DNA of 64,000 nucleotides. It comes from Gnetum montanum (lineage: Eukaryota > Plantae > Gnetophyta). The notes under the pieces were generated by a model. The model searched no databases. It was not told where the DNA came from and saw only the letters and a program-made list of their open reading frames with translations. Shown one piece after another: positions 50,829 to 61,300 of this stretch; the stretch's first letter is position 1, and each line of letters opens with the position of its first letter. A program made the translations under genes and the position numbers. The stretch spans positions 393,049 through 457,048 of the forward strand of contig MNCI01001601.1 of NCBI GenBank assembly GCA_015680685.1. The letters are read 5' to 3'.

Positions 50829-53800
50829 NCATCTTTTTCCAAGGATACAACCTTTGATTGAAATCACCGATCTACATCTGCCATCCCTCCCACCTCAACA
50901 GACTATATTCAGACACGTTTAGCTTCATTTCCTACAAGCAAACCACATCACAACCTTCACTCTGCACAATCATTTTCTGGGTATTTCTTTTGTAGGGAGT
51001 ACCCTACCCCCTGCAATTCCAGGAGAGCAACTTCATGAGCAACCCGACAATCATCTATGATAGACCTCTTTCAAGGTCTTTTGTAATCCCAAATCAATAT
51101 CAAACTGAGTTAGCTTCTTCTTGGCCACCTGCACCCCCAAACATCCAACTTTCCCCCTGACCGGGGAGACTGTGGCTGCATCCATTGCTGCCTTGGTCAT
51201 CTTTTGCTGGGCCTTGAGAATTTCTTTCATCAAGGACTTGGCAAAACCCCTAGCAGCCTCAATCCAACTCCCCCACAGTGGACGCTCCCCACACGGAGAG
51301 CCTGGTGCAACTACAACCCCTGTCTTCAACATATAGGGCATTTGCTTCACAATCTCTTCCTCCACTAACCCCTCTTGCCCATCTTGGGCCTCCAACACAG
51401 CTCGTCCCTTCATAAACCAAAAACCACCCAGCCTGACCCTACTACATTGGTGGTAGTGTCCCTCTCAATTTCTCCCTAGCCCAAATCTTCCAAGCCACCA
51501 CCAAATGCCCTGGCTTCCCACATACTAAGCACCCTTCCTTCTAGGCCACCTGAGGCCTTGGTTCCCCAATATTCTTGTACTCAATATGGATCTTCTCTAC
51601 CCCAGAGGAAAGATCCAAAATAACCTCATTCACTAGATCTATAGCTGACAATGGCCACCATACATAGAAATGTGCAAACCCCATATGCTCCATAGATCGG
51701 GTGAAACGGTTAAGCATAATGAAGTCCCCAAAAAACCCACGAGGGTTTCTAAGAAATCCTTGGTCCACCATTTCCAAGGAATCCCCGAGTCTCGGATCCA
51801 GACTGGCGCTCGGCTAAAAAGGTCCTCCTCTCTATGGGCACCTGGGCTCCACTAGGTCAGAGCAAGCCCCTGTGCCCCATAGAACCATGGACCCCCCCCC
51901 CCCAACTAAGACGTGGTCTTGATCTTCCACCAAATTAAAGATGAAGAGCAGCAGCTCTTCCGATAAACATCACATCCCAATATCCTTCAGCCCCCAAGTA
52001 TTCAACGCCCATTGTTTAATTAAGTCTAGTTGAGGACACACTTCACTAGAGACAAACTTTCCGATGAGACTAAGCTCCATCGTTTTCACTCCAGCTACCA
52101 GGGGCCCACGCACTTTCAATGTCATAATCCCCTCCTGCCTAGAACAGGCGTTGACACTACTAGCACGAAGCATTCATCCTCCCGGAGAGAGTTTCTTGAC
52201 CACTCCCCAAGCCCCAGATCAAGTTCTCCACATTACTAAACCCCACAACCCCAACTCTGCCACGAGCACTTCCACTCTCCACACCCCCACCTGCCACAAG
52301 TTTCCCCTAAGAACCAACCCCCATGCCAGCCCCCACTCCTGCTGCTCCTCCACTCACTCCCATCACCACGCCTAGCTCTCCGACCATGCTAGCCTTTGCG
52401 CCGTCGGTCACATCGACACCCGCACCCGCACCCACTCCTCTTCCTACTCCCGCTCCCATTTGAACTCCCCTCTAGCAACTACTATACTTTTAAAGATAAG
52501 TGTTATGATTATAAATTGATGTACAAATTTTAAATGAGGCCATTTAACCAAAGTTGCTATTTATTAGAAAATTTTCAAATTATTTAATATTTAAGATTTA
52601 AAAATATATTTTTTTTTTGAATAATAGGGGAAAAGTTTAATACCATTTTAGTATAATATTTTAAGATTCATCAAAGCATGAACTAAGATTATTTTTGACA
52701 TTTCACTAAAAATTCTAACATATTGAATATTTTAATTAACAAAATTGTGTCAAATTTTAAAGTTATCCAATCCCATTGAGATTTGGTGGACTAGCTCAAT
52801 AGGATATAAATCTTTATTTATTTTCTTAGTTGAAGTCATAGTTTATGAAATTTTAATATTCAATATTTTTTTATAAAAAAAAAGTAGCTTAAGCACATAG
52901 ATTTGTAACCATGACATTTGTATGCTTATTTTAGTCGTCTTAAAATATGATAGACTTTGGATGCTTAAAAATTTATCAGTGAGGAATAACTTACTTGGTT
53001 AGAGCATGTAGCATATGGTTTGTAATTTATGAGTCACAAATTCAATCCCAAGTGGTATGTTGAGAAATATATCACTTAGGGGCATGGTAAAAATTACATT
53101 TAAAGACTGAAGCATCAAGTAGACATCTGACCATGATAAATTATCGTTAAATTTTTTATCGACCTTGACAGTTAGTCCATGTTGATGGGATAAAGGCAGT
53201 AAAATGATGATGACTAGATACCTAAAACTCAAAATAAATATTTCTCGGTAGCTAACTATGAGAAATATGGAAAATAGGAGAAAATGTCACCCAAATAAAG
53301 TAAAGTCACTGAAACAAGTTTAAAAACCAAGCCAAAATTGGAATTTTGCCCTTTCCAAGAGCTAAGCATAAACAAATGTGCAATGGGACCATAGATTAGA
53401 TTGGCCTTTAGAAAACAATCTTTGTAGTGTCACCCTACTAAATTGGAGGAAAGGACTGTTAGCTTCAAACAGTTACATGCCATCTACGATATGCTCAAAG
53501 ATGAAGAGGATAGAGACTATGTTAGTTTCCTTCATGATGATTACTTTCATCTTTGTTGTTGTTAGATTCTTGTTGGGCCTAGCTCGGTCATCTTTTTGTT
53601 GGAAAAATGAAGACAAATACATTAATTGTTGTATTTTCTTTTATGTTGCATTTGATGTGGGGATGTGTTTTATCCCACATGTATTAGGATTGGGGTTTGG
53701 TCCTCATGTTTCTTCATAAATAGAAGGCTTGGGGTGGCCTTTAGGGTGTGCTTCAAAGTGAAAGCATTGTATCAAGGTTTTACCTTGAAGACGTGAGTCT

Positions 53801-56800
53801 TGTTGGTGTTGATTTGAGATCTATTGGAATAACAGATTGTGTGTTTGAAAAGTTGAAAGGATGGCTTGTGTCCTTAAGATTTGAGAAGAATAGAAGGCAG
53901 ATCAACATTGTTGTGGAAGTAGGGTAAAAGGGGCCCAAACCACATAACTCTCTGTGTTCTTGTGCTATTTCCTTTTTTACTGTTTTCATTCTGCTTTCAT
54001 TCTGTTACACAACAAATGTTTGCTAGAGTTTGGAATGTTTTGAGAGTGGTTTATAGTGTTTCTTACAGTGCAATATTTTGCCTCTAATGATTTATTCAGA
54101 TTTGTAGGGTTTTTTTAATAATTTCTCTAGAGCATTTGTAGTGTGTTTTTCAGATCTGTGTTTTCAGATCTGATTATAACACTTTTCTTTGCCATCTTTC
54201 AACTCGGTCAATGTTGCTTCCTTTCTTTGCCTTGTTTGTGACCTCAAAGGGAGATCCCTCTCCCATGAAGTGAGATATTCATGTGATAATGTTTTGCTTT
54301 CACTTAGATGTTTTTATCATCCTTGTTTGCAATGCTCATCCAGGTCTTTTTTAGGGTTCCCACGATCCACACGGTACCCTTTTTGTCTCTAACCCTATGA
54401 TTTTGTTTACAAAACCATGTGAGGCATTTTGTATTTTGTCCTTCATTGATAGTATCCTCTGGTTTTTACAGTTTTCCTTTTTAGACAAACAATTATATTA
54501 CCCAAACTCTTTCGGGCGCCACAAGTTGGCATTAAGTGTGTTTGATGTTGGATTTTCTAATAGTCATGATAACTTAATATTTTTTTTAAATATGTTTAGT
54601 TTTACTGTAGATTAATGGCTTGTTGGGGCTTTGAGTGTTAACTCTTGCTTCCTACAGATGGGTGTTACATTTTGGTATCAGAATGCTAGGTTTGGCTTTT
54701 TTAAAAACTTTTTATGAAGTTTGGTTTTGTATGTTGATTTATCTGTTGTATATGCCCTACATTGAAAATATTATTCTTAAATGCTTATTTGGAATTCTTA
54801 TAATTGGAACTAAAGCAAATCATTTAAAGCGTGTTGACATTTTCATATTCCCATTTTGAGATCTCTTCCATTGCACCTTATGACTTGATTTCTAAGAGAA
54901 ATGTTGCTGGAAACAAAGGATAGTTACATATTTATTACTGATAAATTTAAAGGTGACATGTTGCTAAAGCAAGAGGGAACAGAAATAGATATTATGTTTG
55001 AATATTTTATGTTTGTCAGTTTTCTGCTATGTGAGATCAAGAGGAATTGAACCTGAGACTTGGTAGAATTAGAATTTTAAAATATTGAAGGTTGCAACTC
55101 ATAGAATTGAACCTGCAACCTGTTAGAATATACTTTTATTAAATTTTAAGAGTAATCATTGAAAGAATTGAACTCATGACTAGGTGGTACGGAAAAAGGT
55201 TTTATTTCTTGAAAAAAAAAGGATAACAGTTTTTAGTAAAGAATCAGGTACAAGAAACAACCCATCATCTCTTGAACTCCGCTAGCAATTATAAAGAGGG
55301 GAGTGGGGAGAGAAAAGGAGAGCAAAAAAAAGAGAAAAAAGGAGAGAATGTATGCATATCAGAGAAGAAAGGAGAGCTCAATCATAAGAGAGGTGGCTGG
55401 AAATGAACAGCAGCAAAACAAGTGTGGCTGGAACAGCAAATGAACAACAACAGGAGGATGATGGCTGAAAGAGAAGATCAACAATAACAAAAGAAGATTT
55501 TAGCTAAAGCAGCAAATGAACAACAAGAAGAGAAGACTATTGCAACAACAGAAGATTATGGCTGCTATAGAAATCAACAAATAAAAAGGAAACTTGAGTT
55601 GAACATCAATTCAATATTGTAATTAATTGTTTTTGGTAAGCAAGAAGGTAAGATGAATCCTTGTCTTACAATGTGTGATGGACAGCATTGGTTAATAATC
55701 CCAATATCTCAGCTCCTCCTTTCTTTGCCTTAAATATCATTTTATGTTAAAATCAACTTTGACTAGATTTGTTGTTCAGATTTTGGAGTGTTGAATCCTT
55801 AATTTTGTTAATGGATCTCCCCACCCCTTCTCAACACTCTCAGGCCTAAATGACTTGGATGAGAGTTGTTTTTGTAATGATTTAGAAACACCCATAATGA
55901 TTTGGGGCATATTGGCATAACAGTTTGTCAACAAGAGCCAAGGATCCCTTATATGAGGATTGGTAGCACCGGCAGAAAGTGATAGTATCCCTGGCCCCAT
56001 GTCTATTTTGTGATTTTCTGAAATATACAGAATGGTTGAATTCTTAGTTTTTGGCTGGAAAATTGGCTTGATGATCCCCTTGAATGCTTAATCCTTGGAT
56101 TTGAATTTTGATTATTATTTGAGTACCTTCCCAAGTGTGATTTTGTTATCTTTCTGTAAGTCCAATGGAGTGGGAAAAATCTTGGATGTTAATTTATCGT
56201 TACTAAATATTAGTGATGTGAAAGCATGGCTGTTAAATGTAGGTGCTTTCTCTATTTTCTATTATGATAGTTTGATTAAATGTTAGCGGTGTGCAATTTA
56301 TTATTTCAAGTTAGAAAAGTTATTGAAATGATTTTTATTGTGAAGGTTGCTGAAAGAAAATAAAATAATTTTATTGTGCAATTGAATGGATTTGGTATTA
56401 TTGATTTATACATTCCTTTTGGCCAATTGCTAGGTTGAATAAGTCTGTTGATGAACAACATTTGATTTATTATTTCACACATTGATTATTGTTTTAAAAT
56501 GATAAAAATAGCACACTAATAGTCAGAAAAGCAAGTTTAGAGAGGAGATAATATACAACTTTAATAGAACTAATAAAAATTATTGTCAAATTATGGAAAC
56601 AAATATTATTTTAATTAAACCAACAACATTCATTTCATGCATTTACCTCCGGTATCGGAATCCCAAAGTTCAGTCCAGACAAGGAAGCCTTGATAGTCTC
56701 AACTGATCCAAGGAAAGGAGCCCCTGTGAAAGAACAAGTATGTAAATGACATTACCATCACATGTGATAACAGTATAGCTTCAGAAGATTTCCTATGGAC

Positions 56801-56981
56801 ATGAATCAGACCAGCAGCAATATAAGCATATATGTGATCGTCCAACCACTGATTATAGAGCTTTGGAGCAATCTCTAGCTTCAACCACTCTAAAAAGTAC
56901 CGAAATACATTATTCCCCATAGAATGCGCAAATACCAATGATGGGCCACCACGAAGCTTCAGTGCTGTTTCAAAAGTCAAC
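4678..56981 (-). CDS. PSAT1: Phospholipid:sterol acyltransferase (LCAT family), C-terminal 12 coding exons; 5' exons outside the window
   Basis: Twelve exons with GT-AG introns and consistent phases splice to an open 466-aa C-terminal part, colinear with Arabidopsis PSAT1 as recalled: AHSMGNN (catalytic Ser), GDQTVPYHSL (Asp), SHRNLVRS (His) and the C-terminal CYWDYGKA...GDVHLGQSCRL. Confidence 0.96.
4882..4966 (-). CDS. PSAT1: PSAT1 exon
   Basis: gacag|...|gttcag; (A)KRWPIRDEDCYWDYGKARCALPEYCEY(R). Confidence 0.95.
5035..5100 (+). repeat. Perfect 33-bp tandem duplication spanning the L1-A 5' junction
   Basis: AAACAATAATGGACTTTGGGAAATAGGAAAATG at 5035-5067 and again at 5068-5100. Confidence 0.95.
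7868..8037 (+). repeat. 85-bp tandem duplication inside L1-A ORF2
   Basis: GGGTGGCTTGGAGCTAGAG...CAATGTGT at 7868-7952 and 7953-8037, one mismatch. Confidence 0.92.
8381..8468 (+). repeat. 44-bp tandem duplication inside L1-A ORF2
   Basis: AATTGAGTTGTTAT(T/C)GTTCCATGATGAGGTTAAGCTAGGCATGC twice, one mismatch. Confidence 0.92.
10491..10595 (-). CDS. PSAT1: PSAT1 exon (catalytic His region)
   Basis: aatag|...|gtttttt; (V)SHRNLVRSSVVMRELWLELWHSYHPDAKSSFITK(A). Confidence 0.93.
10683..10845 (-). CDS. PSAT1: PSAT1 exon
   Basis: ctacag|...|gtaaca; SAHDGSDVEQHLNVEHQPGQDIVLNNTKDGNYITYYEDGASIPGSRTAVWEVNK. Confidence 0.94.
11346..17212 (-). mobile_element. L1-clade LINE copy B (older, decayed, endonuclease present, extra domain internally deleted)
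   Basis: On the minus strand: ORF1 ~16700-15900, EN remnants (WIIVGDFN near 14820), RT (KLDIAKA, GDPLFPYLFILAMD, HYANDIII) and zf-RVT KIEVFTWLL..CILC..HLIFSCPF. The family 3' end is near 11346; approximate TSD ATTCTTGA(T)CTTT near 11331 and 17219. Confidence 0.88.
17261..17430 (+). mobile_element. 3' end of a young L1 copy next to an N gap
   Basis: CpG-rich sequence ending TTGTA...TAATAGAATCCCGAACACTTTCTC plus a long A-rich tail, the same 3' terminus as the other copies. Confidence 0.7.
18745..18816 (-). CDS. PSAT1: PSAT1 exon
   Basis: ttcag|VPYHSLSWCKTWLGSKVNITRTPQ|gttgga. Confidence 0.95.
18967..19018 (-). CDS. PSAT1: PSAT1 exon (catalytic Asp)
   Basis: gacag|(R)SGNTVEGNPGPTSGDQT|gtatgt. 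Confidence 0.94.
19334..19428 (-). CDS. PSAT1: PSAT1 exon
   Basis: gatag|VGYHFAPSGKPYPDNWIITDIIYEEGGTLQS(R)|gtcagt. Confidence 0.95.
21287..26730 (+). mobile_element. L1-clade LINE copy C (decayed, endonuclease missing at a poly-T/poly-G run, extra domain present)
   Basis: ORF1 (SIIGKFV, RIPWEMWTPTFL, VHVEYEN); RT (HFWPIGVCNTL, KLDIMKAY, QGDPL, HYVDDTILF); zf-RVT (CPQC...HFVQECPF); TSD AAAA(T/G)CTACACCA(T/C)AG at 21271-21286 and 26731-26746. Confidence 0.92.
23890..24114 (+). mobile_element. Nested insertion in L1-C, possibly an LTR fragment, cut off at N 24115
   Basis: AT-rich non-L1 sequence starting with TG interrupts RT just after HYVDDTILF. It contains a TATATA box-like motif. Confidence 0.35.
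26761..30152. mobile_element. Ty3/gypsy (Tekay/Del-type) solo LTR, 3392 bp
   Basis: Starts TGTAACATCCC and ends GGGGTGTTACA (inverted termini). Perfect 5-bp TSD TAATG at 26756-26760 and 30153-30157; no gag/pol inside. Confidence 0.88.
28620..29308 (+). repeat. Two diverged ~344-bp tandem units within the solo LTR
   Basis: CTAGCATGGAATTGAGTT... starts at 28620 and 28964. Both units contain CCAACCCTCCAAAAGG-TAGCAATTGTGGGCCA and end AATAAAAGATTAATAAA. Confidence 0.9.
31532..31859 (+). mobile_element. Young 5'-truncated L1 fragment encoding a stop-free part of the extra C-terminal domain
   Basis: CAVFRDNATLWRLVTQCGWSEPLQRLVGDPDLADDAFFSNWVNDRTLFRGREIWVTESSIASCLGTPIAGEV...VPRSALPRIW aligns by eye with copies A-E; CpG-rich; ends at N 31860. 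Confidence 0.85.
31861..33150 (+). mobile_element. RTE-clade LINE reverse transcriptase remnant
   Basis: NCRGIKLMSYTTKLW, HQFGFMPRRSTMEAIFLL, LHMIFTDLEKVY, IPWCMLFVDDI, FRYLGSLIQ; contains frameshifts and stops. Confidence 0.9.
33663..33762 (-). CDS. PSAT1: PSAT1 exon
   Basis: atcag|(K)FYHNDPVVNPLTPWHRPPIKNIICIYGTNLKTE|gtataa. Confidence 0.95.
34393..34554 (-). mobile_element. tRNA-derived SINE, copy 1, 162 bp
   Basis: A-box-like TGGAGTGATGG and B-box-like GGTTTGAGC; 20-bp TSD CTAGCAAATTACAC(A/C)TCATT at 34373-34392 and 34555-34574; homologous to 41444-41612. Confidence 0.85.
35955..39330 (+). pseudogene. Decayed intronless coding cassette of unknown origin, interrupted by L1 fragment F
   Basis: Chain of frameshifted ORF pieces at 35955-36953 and a coiled-coil-like frame at ~37440-39330. 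The second frame continues across the L1-F TSD (IYQEILAEFKNNNV|NLSTEVEDLKHTNF). Confidence 0.55.
37706..38908 (+). mobile_element. 5'-truncated L1 copy F (coiled-coil tail, terminal motif, 3' UTR)
   Basis: AHE*SAQ*WLGEGQCPYVVLG near 38190-38250; family 3' end TTCCGAACATTCTCTCCAAAAAA; TSD AACAATGTCA at 37696-37705 and 38909-38918. Confidence 0.88.
40010..41200 (+). mobile_element. Internal L1 RT fragment
   Basis: IVLIPKM..PSHYRLIGVCNTL, DRLLQDQVILLQEILHSL, KAYDMVSW, QGDPLS, HYVDNTIIF; close in sequence to copy E. Confidence 0.88.
41444..41612 (+). mobile_element. tRNA-derived SINE, copy 2
   Basis: TGGAGTGATGG...TTGTTTCTCAAGTCAA...GGTTCAAGCC...GAGGTTAGGCTTTTGCT...GTGATGATCCTTT is colinear with the reverse complement of 34393-34554. 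Confidence 0.8.
45833..46010 (-). CDS. PSAT1: PSAT1 exon
   Basis: tgcag|(D)SDTVYPTVSNDAMDATLARDCSIPIQRSFSARDVGDGTVFEEIGDFDPDSKILLHQLQ(K)|gtatga. The acceptor is chosen by phase in a poorly conserved stretch. Confidence 0.88.
46080..46302 (-). CDS. PSAT1: PSAT1 exon
   Basis: aacag|GTARLMCNSFGASLWMLPFS...SGWPIDLVKIEIPVITRET|gtatct. Confidence 0.93.
46735..52478 (-). mobile_element. L1-clade LINE copy D (full-length layout, decayed)
   Basis: ORF1 ATG ~52459; ORF2 starts MKLLSWNCRG at 51036; RT (HFRPIGVCNTL, KLDITKAYD, HHVDDTI); zf-RVT remnant; extra domain ~48100-47500; poly(A) 46731-46740; TSD CT(T/A)CTATACTTTT at 46722-46734 and 52479-52491. Confidence 0.93.
54660..54682 (+). mobile_element. 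LTR 3' terminus plus tRNA-iMet PBS of a decayed LTR retrotransposon
   Basis: GGGTGTTACA TTT TGGTATCAGA: the same LTR end as the solo LTR, followed by the canonical Met PBS start. The extent of the element is not resolved. Confidence 0.55.
56647..56723 (-). CDS. PSAT1: PSAT1 exon
   Basis: cacag|(G)APFLGSVETIKASLSGLNFGIPIPE|gtaaat. Confidence 0.94.
56812..56981 (-). CDS. PSAT1: PSAT1 exon with the catalytic Ser (AHSMG)
   Basis: tccag|(K)LTFETALKLRGGPSLVFAHSMGNNVFRYFLEWLKLEIAPKLYNQWLDDHIYAYIAA(G)|gtctga. Confidence 0.96.
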
Positions 56982-58366
56982 CTGGATTTAGCAAAATAAC
57001 GAATAATATCAAGATTAGAGACATGCAAGTAACAAAAGAATTAACTTTAAGCAAAAATATAAGTTTCTGAATATTGTAAGAATACATATATGGCAACTAC
57101 TTCAAGTCTTTGTGATGGATGAGAGCTTACTATCTAAGTTGAAAAAGATGTAAAATAGAATATTTCTAATTCAGTAAAAGCAAATAACTGTGGTGAGAAG
57201 AGATTTAGAAAAGGTCTCAGATATGAATATGCTTGTAGATCCCATATATGAACTATTAAATATATACATGAAAACGATGCAATAGTTTTGAAAATTGGGA
57301 AGTAAATGGGTAGTATGTAATAACGGTAAGATTCCCTTTATCAGAATCAACACCATCTTTTACCCAAAAAGGGTAGTAAATAAACAAGAAAATGCTCATA
57401 ATGTACCAGTCAGATGAAGTTTTTCAGGATAGTGAAATTGATACTGAAATTCATTTTTATTGTATTCTAGATTGTTGGACCGAACATAGTTTAAGCCTCT
57501 CATTGGCTTTCAACCATTTCTTCTACAAGTAGAGCCTCCAACCTGAACCATATTGAAACATAAATACAATTTTTTAAAAAAATCTCACTACTTTCAAGGA
57601 CACTGACAACTCAATATTATAATATAAGCTACACTCTCTTCCCAAATTTTTACAACCAAATGCTAGACTGTCTCTAGCTTGCTTTTAATACCTTGAAAAT
57701 TTTGGTGATCTCATTGTTACCAAATTCCAAAAAATGTCATGATCAATTTTTCTTGAGTTTTGATTTTGATGATTCTCAGAGTGTAATTGTGTTATTTGTG
57801 GCAAAATTTTAGGTGGTTTGATGTTGACATTTGGATTGTGATCTGAATAATTGATTGCAACAATCCTAAATATTGATATTGGGTTGGCTTTCATTTTCAA
57901 TTCAAAGTCTTTTAGATTTAGATTATTTTAAAATTTAAATTTTTGCTAGATAAGAAAATATACTTGAATGCATATGCTGAAATGGTTGAAAATATGAATT
58001 TGCAAATATTTTCTATTTTATTTCAATAATACAGTCCAAAGAAAAATATGCTTTATTTCAACAAAAAGGAATTTTGAAAGATCCTAATTCCATATATTTC
58101 ATTGTATTTTCTTTGACTATTTTTAAATCTGACTTTTCAACCTTAAGATTTCCTTATTATAAATATTCTCTCCGGTTAAGTCTTCTTTGAACAGGATAGC
58201 ATGGTGGGGCCCAACAAGTGCAAATCAAAGCAAGCAAAGGATTTTGAGTTCTAATTTTAGTACAGGCAAGTAAAATAGAATAAATTGTTGAGTTTCTTCC
58301 AAAATTTGGATTTTATAGAAAGAACAATTTCCAAGAAAGAGTGGGTACCCAGACATCTAATACTAG

Positions 58367-61300
58367 GAGGTAGTAGAGCGGGAGTAGGAGGGTCCGTGGG
58401 CATGGGTAATCCAGTGGGCACAGACGAAGAGGGTGGCTCAACAAACAATAGCGGCAAGGAGGGTGTGCTGGGATAGATGGGTGGTGGACCTAGCCTAGGT
58501 TTGTATGGAGATGATGCACTGAAGGGTCTCTTTGGGACCTCAACGCAAGTTGACGGCTCCTTGTGTGTGGAGGTTTCCCGCATGCCGTTGAAGGGTCTAA
58601 GCATGGTTGAGCGTAGCCTGATTGGGTGCTTTGTGTCGCAAGGTGTACGACCCAAGTTGGAGTTGGTCCGCAAATGGGTCATTGCTACCTGAGGTCTTGA
58701 TACCATTGGGGTGAGGAGTTTAACTAAGGAGCTCATCCTCTTCGTTGGCGTGGGCAGCAAGCAGTAGTTTTTTGGTGCCTACGGCCTTGCCCTTACACCG
58801 TGGTGACCTGGTGCACATCGAGACCCAGACCTTTTCTCTCAGGCAACAATTTGGATTTGGGCTTTGGGGATCCCCTGGGAGTTTTGGACACTAGAGTTTA
58901 TCAAGTCATTTGCAGCCCTTTTGCAGGGAGTTCATTACCCTGGATAAGTTCACCACATCGATGGAGCAAATGGATTTCGCTCATTTCTATGTTTGGAGGT
59001 CCCTATTGTCGATAGACATGCTCAAGGAGGTTCTTCTTGCCCTACCCTCGGGGGTTGAGCACATTACCGTAGAATATGAGAACTTACTAATAGAGGCCCC
59101 AAGCCCTGACCCTAAAGGGGGGCCCTATCATTTCTGCGGTAAGCCAGGCCACACAACAAAGGTATGTCAAGCCAAGATGGGTGGGGCTGCTAAACCGGAT
59201 GATGTGGGTGGATGAACGAAAGTGAAGAGGAAGGGGCATGTGGGGGGTCATGCGAGGCCTGTTGAAAAAGCCACTAGTCTTGTGGGGCTAGCCCAACAAG
59301 AAGAGGCTCCGAATTCGGTCCCAATGGTGTCAACCATTGATGGGTTGGACATGATGACATAACCAACAGAGGTCGCTAGCAAGCCAACCAACCTAGAGCT
59401 AGAGGAGGGGTTTGCCACCCCTCCTGAACCCACAGTGCAAGGGAAAGAGTTGCATCCCCTAAGGAATTGGGTATCTATGGTCAGAGGGTCCACCAGACCC
59501 AGTTTGGGAGATGTGATTCTACACAACACTGGTAGTGAAGAGGGGTTTTGGGTATCCATGGAACATGCGAAGGTTGGGCGCCCATCTACTTCGCTAGTGA
59601 GGAATCACCAAACCTAATTGGAAATCAACTTAGGCATTCAAACAAACATGAAAGAGGTCTACCAAAAGCGAACTAACAGTAGACAATGAAGATTATCACA
59701 TGGAATTGCATAGGACAAGGCACCCCCTATAAGACACATGTCTTGAAAGAAATCGTGAATAGGGATAAATGCAATGTGATATGCCTGCAAGAGACAAAGT
59801 TACAGCATCAGGAATTTGGGGTTTTGAATTGGGAGGGTTGGCAGGTTCACCAAGTTGCCTACTAACGAAGGGTAGGTGGCCTAGCAGTGTTGTCTAGGAT
59901 ACCCTTCCATCTAGTGGATGCCTCAATCTGGAGCATTACTGTTCACTTACTTTCTCCTAGTATCTAGCTCACTAACTTTTATGGGGAGCAGGAGTCGGAG
60001 ACACGACTCAGGGAGCTATACAAGATTGTAGGGTTCATTCCAAACACATGGCAATGAATGGTGGTGGGGGACTTTAATCAAGGGTTGTGGGTGCCACCAT
60101 GCCGGCATGTGCAGAGCACTTTTTGTAGTTTTTGCACCAGCATGACCTGGTGGATGTGGAGATTGCTAACTATCGTTTTACTTGGAGCAACAGACGAAAG
60201 GGTAGTGCCAGAGTGATGTCCCAAATTGATTGGGTTTGGGTTGAATCCCCCTTCATGATGAAGAATGTGCAGGTTACTGGGATTGAATGAAGGGCTTCCA
60301 ATCATCCGTCTTTGATCTGTCTAATTGGGAGGGAGTCACACCCTAAGGTATCTCGATTCCATTTCAAAAGGACATGGCTCCCGAAGCCATGGCTCTACAC
60401 TCTAGTAACTACCATCTGGGACTAGTATTCTACCACAACGGATCCACATGAGTTCCTCACCAATGGCCTAAACCTTCTAAAAAAAGAGATTGGTTCTCAT
60501 CGACAAGAGGAGAAACATTCGTTTAGTTTCCATCGAGGGATGCTGCAACAGCAGCTCTTTCGAATTCAAGAGAGGTAGGGGGAGGAGGAATTGTCAGGGA
60601 AAGAAGAGTAGGCCCTTTTCCTTGAGCTACAATAGCTAGATCAAGAAGAATTGGAGTACTAGCAGCAACAATCACATAATAGGTGGATGAAGGACGGTGA
60701 TAGACCGACGAGGCTTTTCTTTGTTGTTGTGCAGGCTAACAACCTGGCAAAGATTGTGCAAAGCTTGGTCAAACAAGGACAAGTGCTAGAACGAACTGCA
60801 GATATTGCCCACAAATTTCAGTCCTATTGGGGGGAACATCTGGCAGAGGCAAGAGAGGCTCCCTCTTTCAATCTAGGTTCAGAAGACTCTCACGGAGGAG
60901 GACAATCGGCATTTGCTAGACCCATTTACTTGGGAGGAGATTGAAACTGTAATGGGGGATCTGAAGACAGGCAAGGTGCCTAGGCCAAACAGGTGGCCCA
61001 TTGAATTTTTCCCGGAATTTGCATATGTCCTAGGGCAAAATATCCTTGATGCTTTCAATAGCATGCTCCATTGGAGACAAATCCACCAGGAAATTAATTG
61101 TTCACAAATTGTTCTTATCCCTAAGATCGAGTGCCTGTCTAAGCCCTCACACTACAGGCCAATTGGGGTTTGTAATACCCTCCTCAAATTATTTACCAAA
61201 TTGCTTGTTAGGAGGTTGGGTCCTTTGATGCCCCGTCTGGTCCATCATAACCAAGTGGGGTTTGTGAGGGATAGGCTCCTTCAAGATCAGGTTATTTTAT

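Noticed and set aside
57407-57542. AG...GT-bounded minus-strand segment containing WRL, a candidate upstream PSAT1 exon
   Set aside because: Stops in all three frames and no match to the expected YDWRLSP..LEERDLYF. The real exon must lie beyond 64000. A non-coding alternative exon cannot be supported without RNA data.
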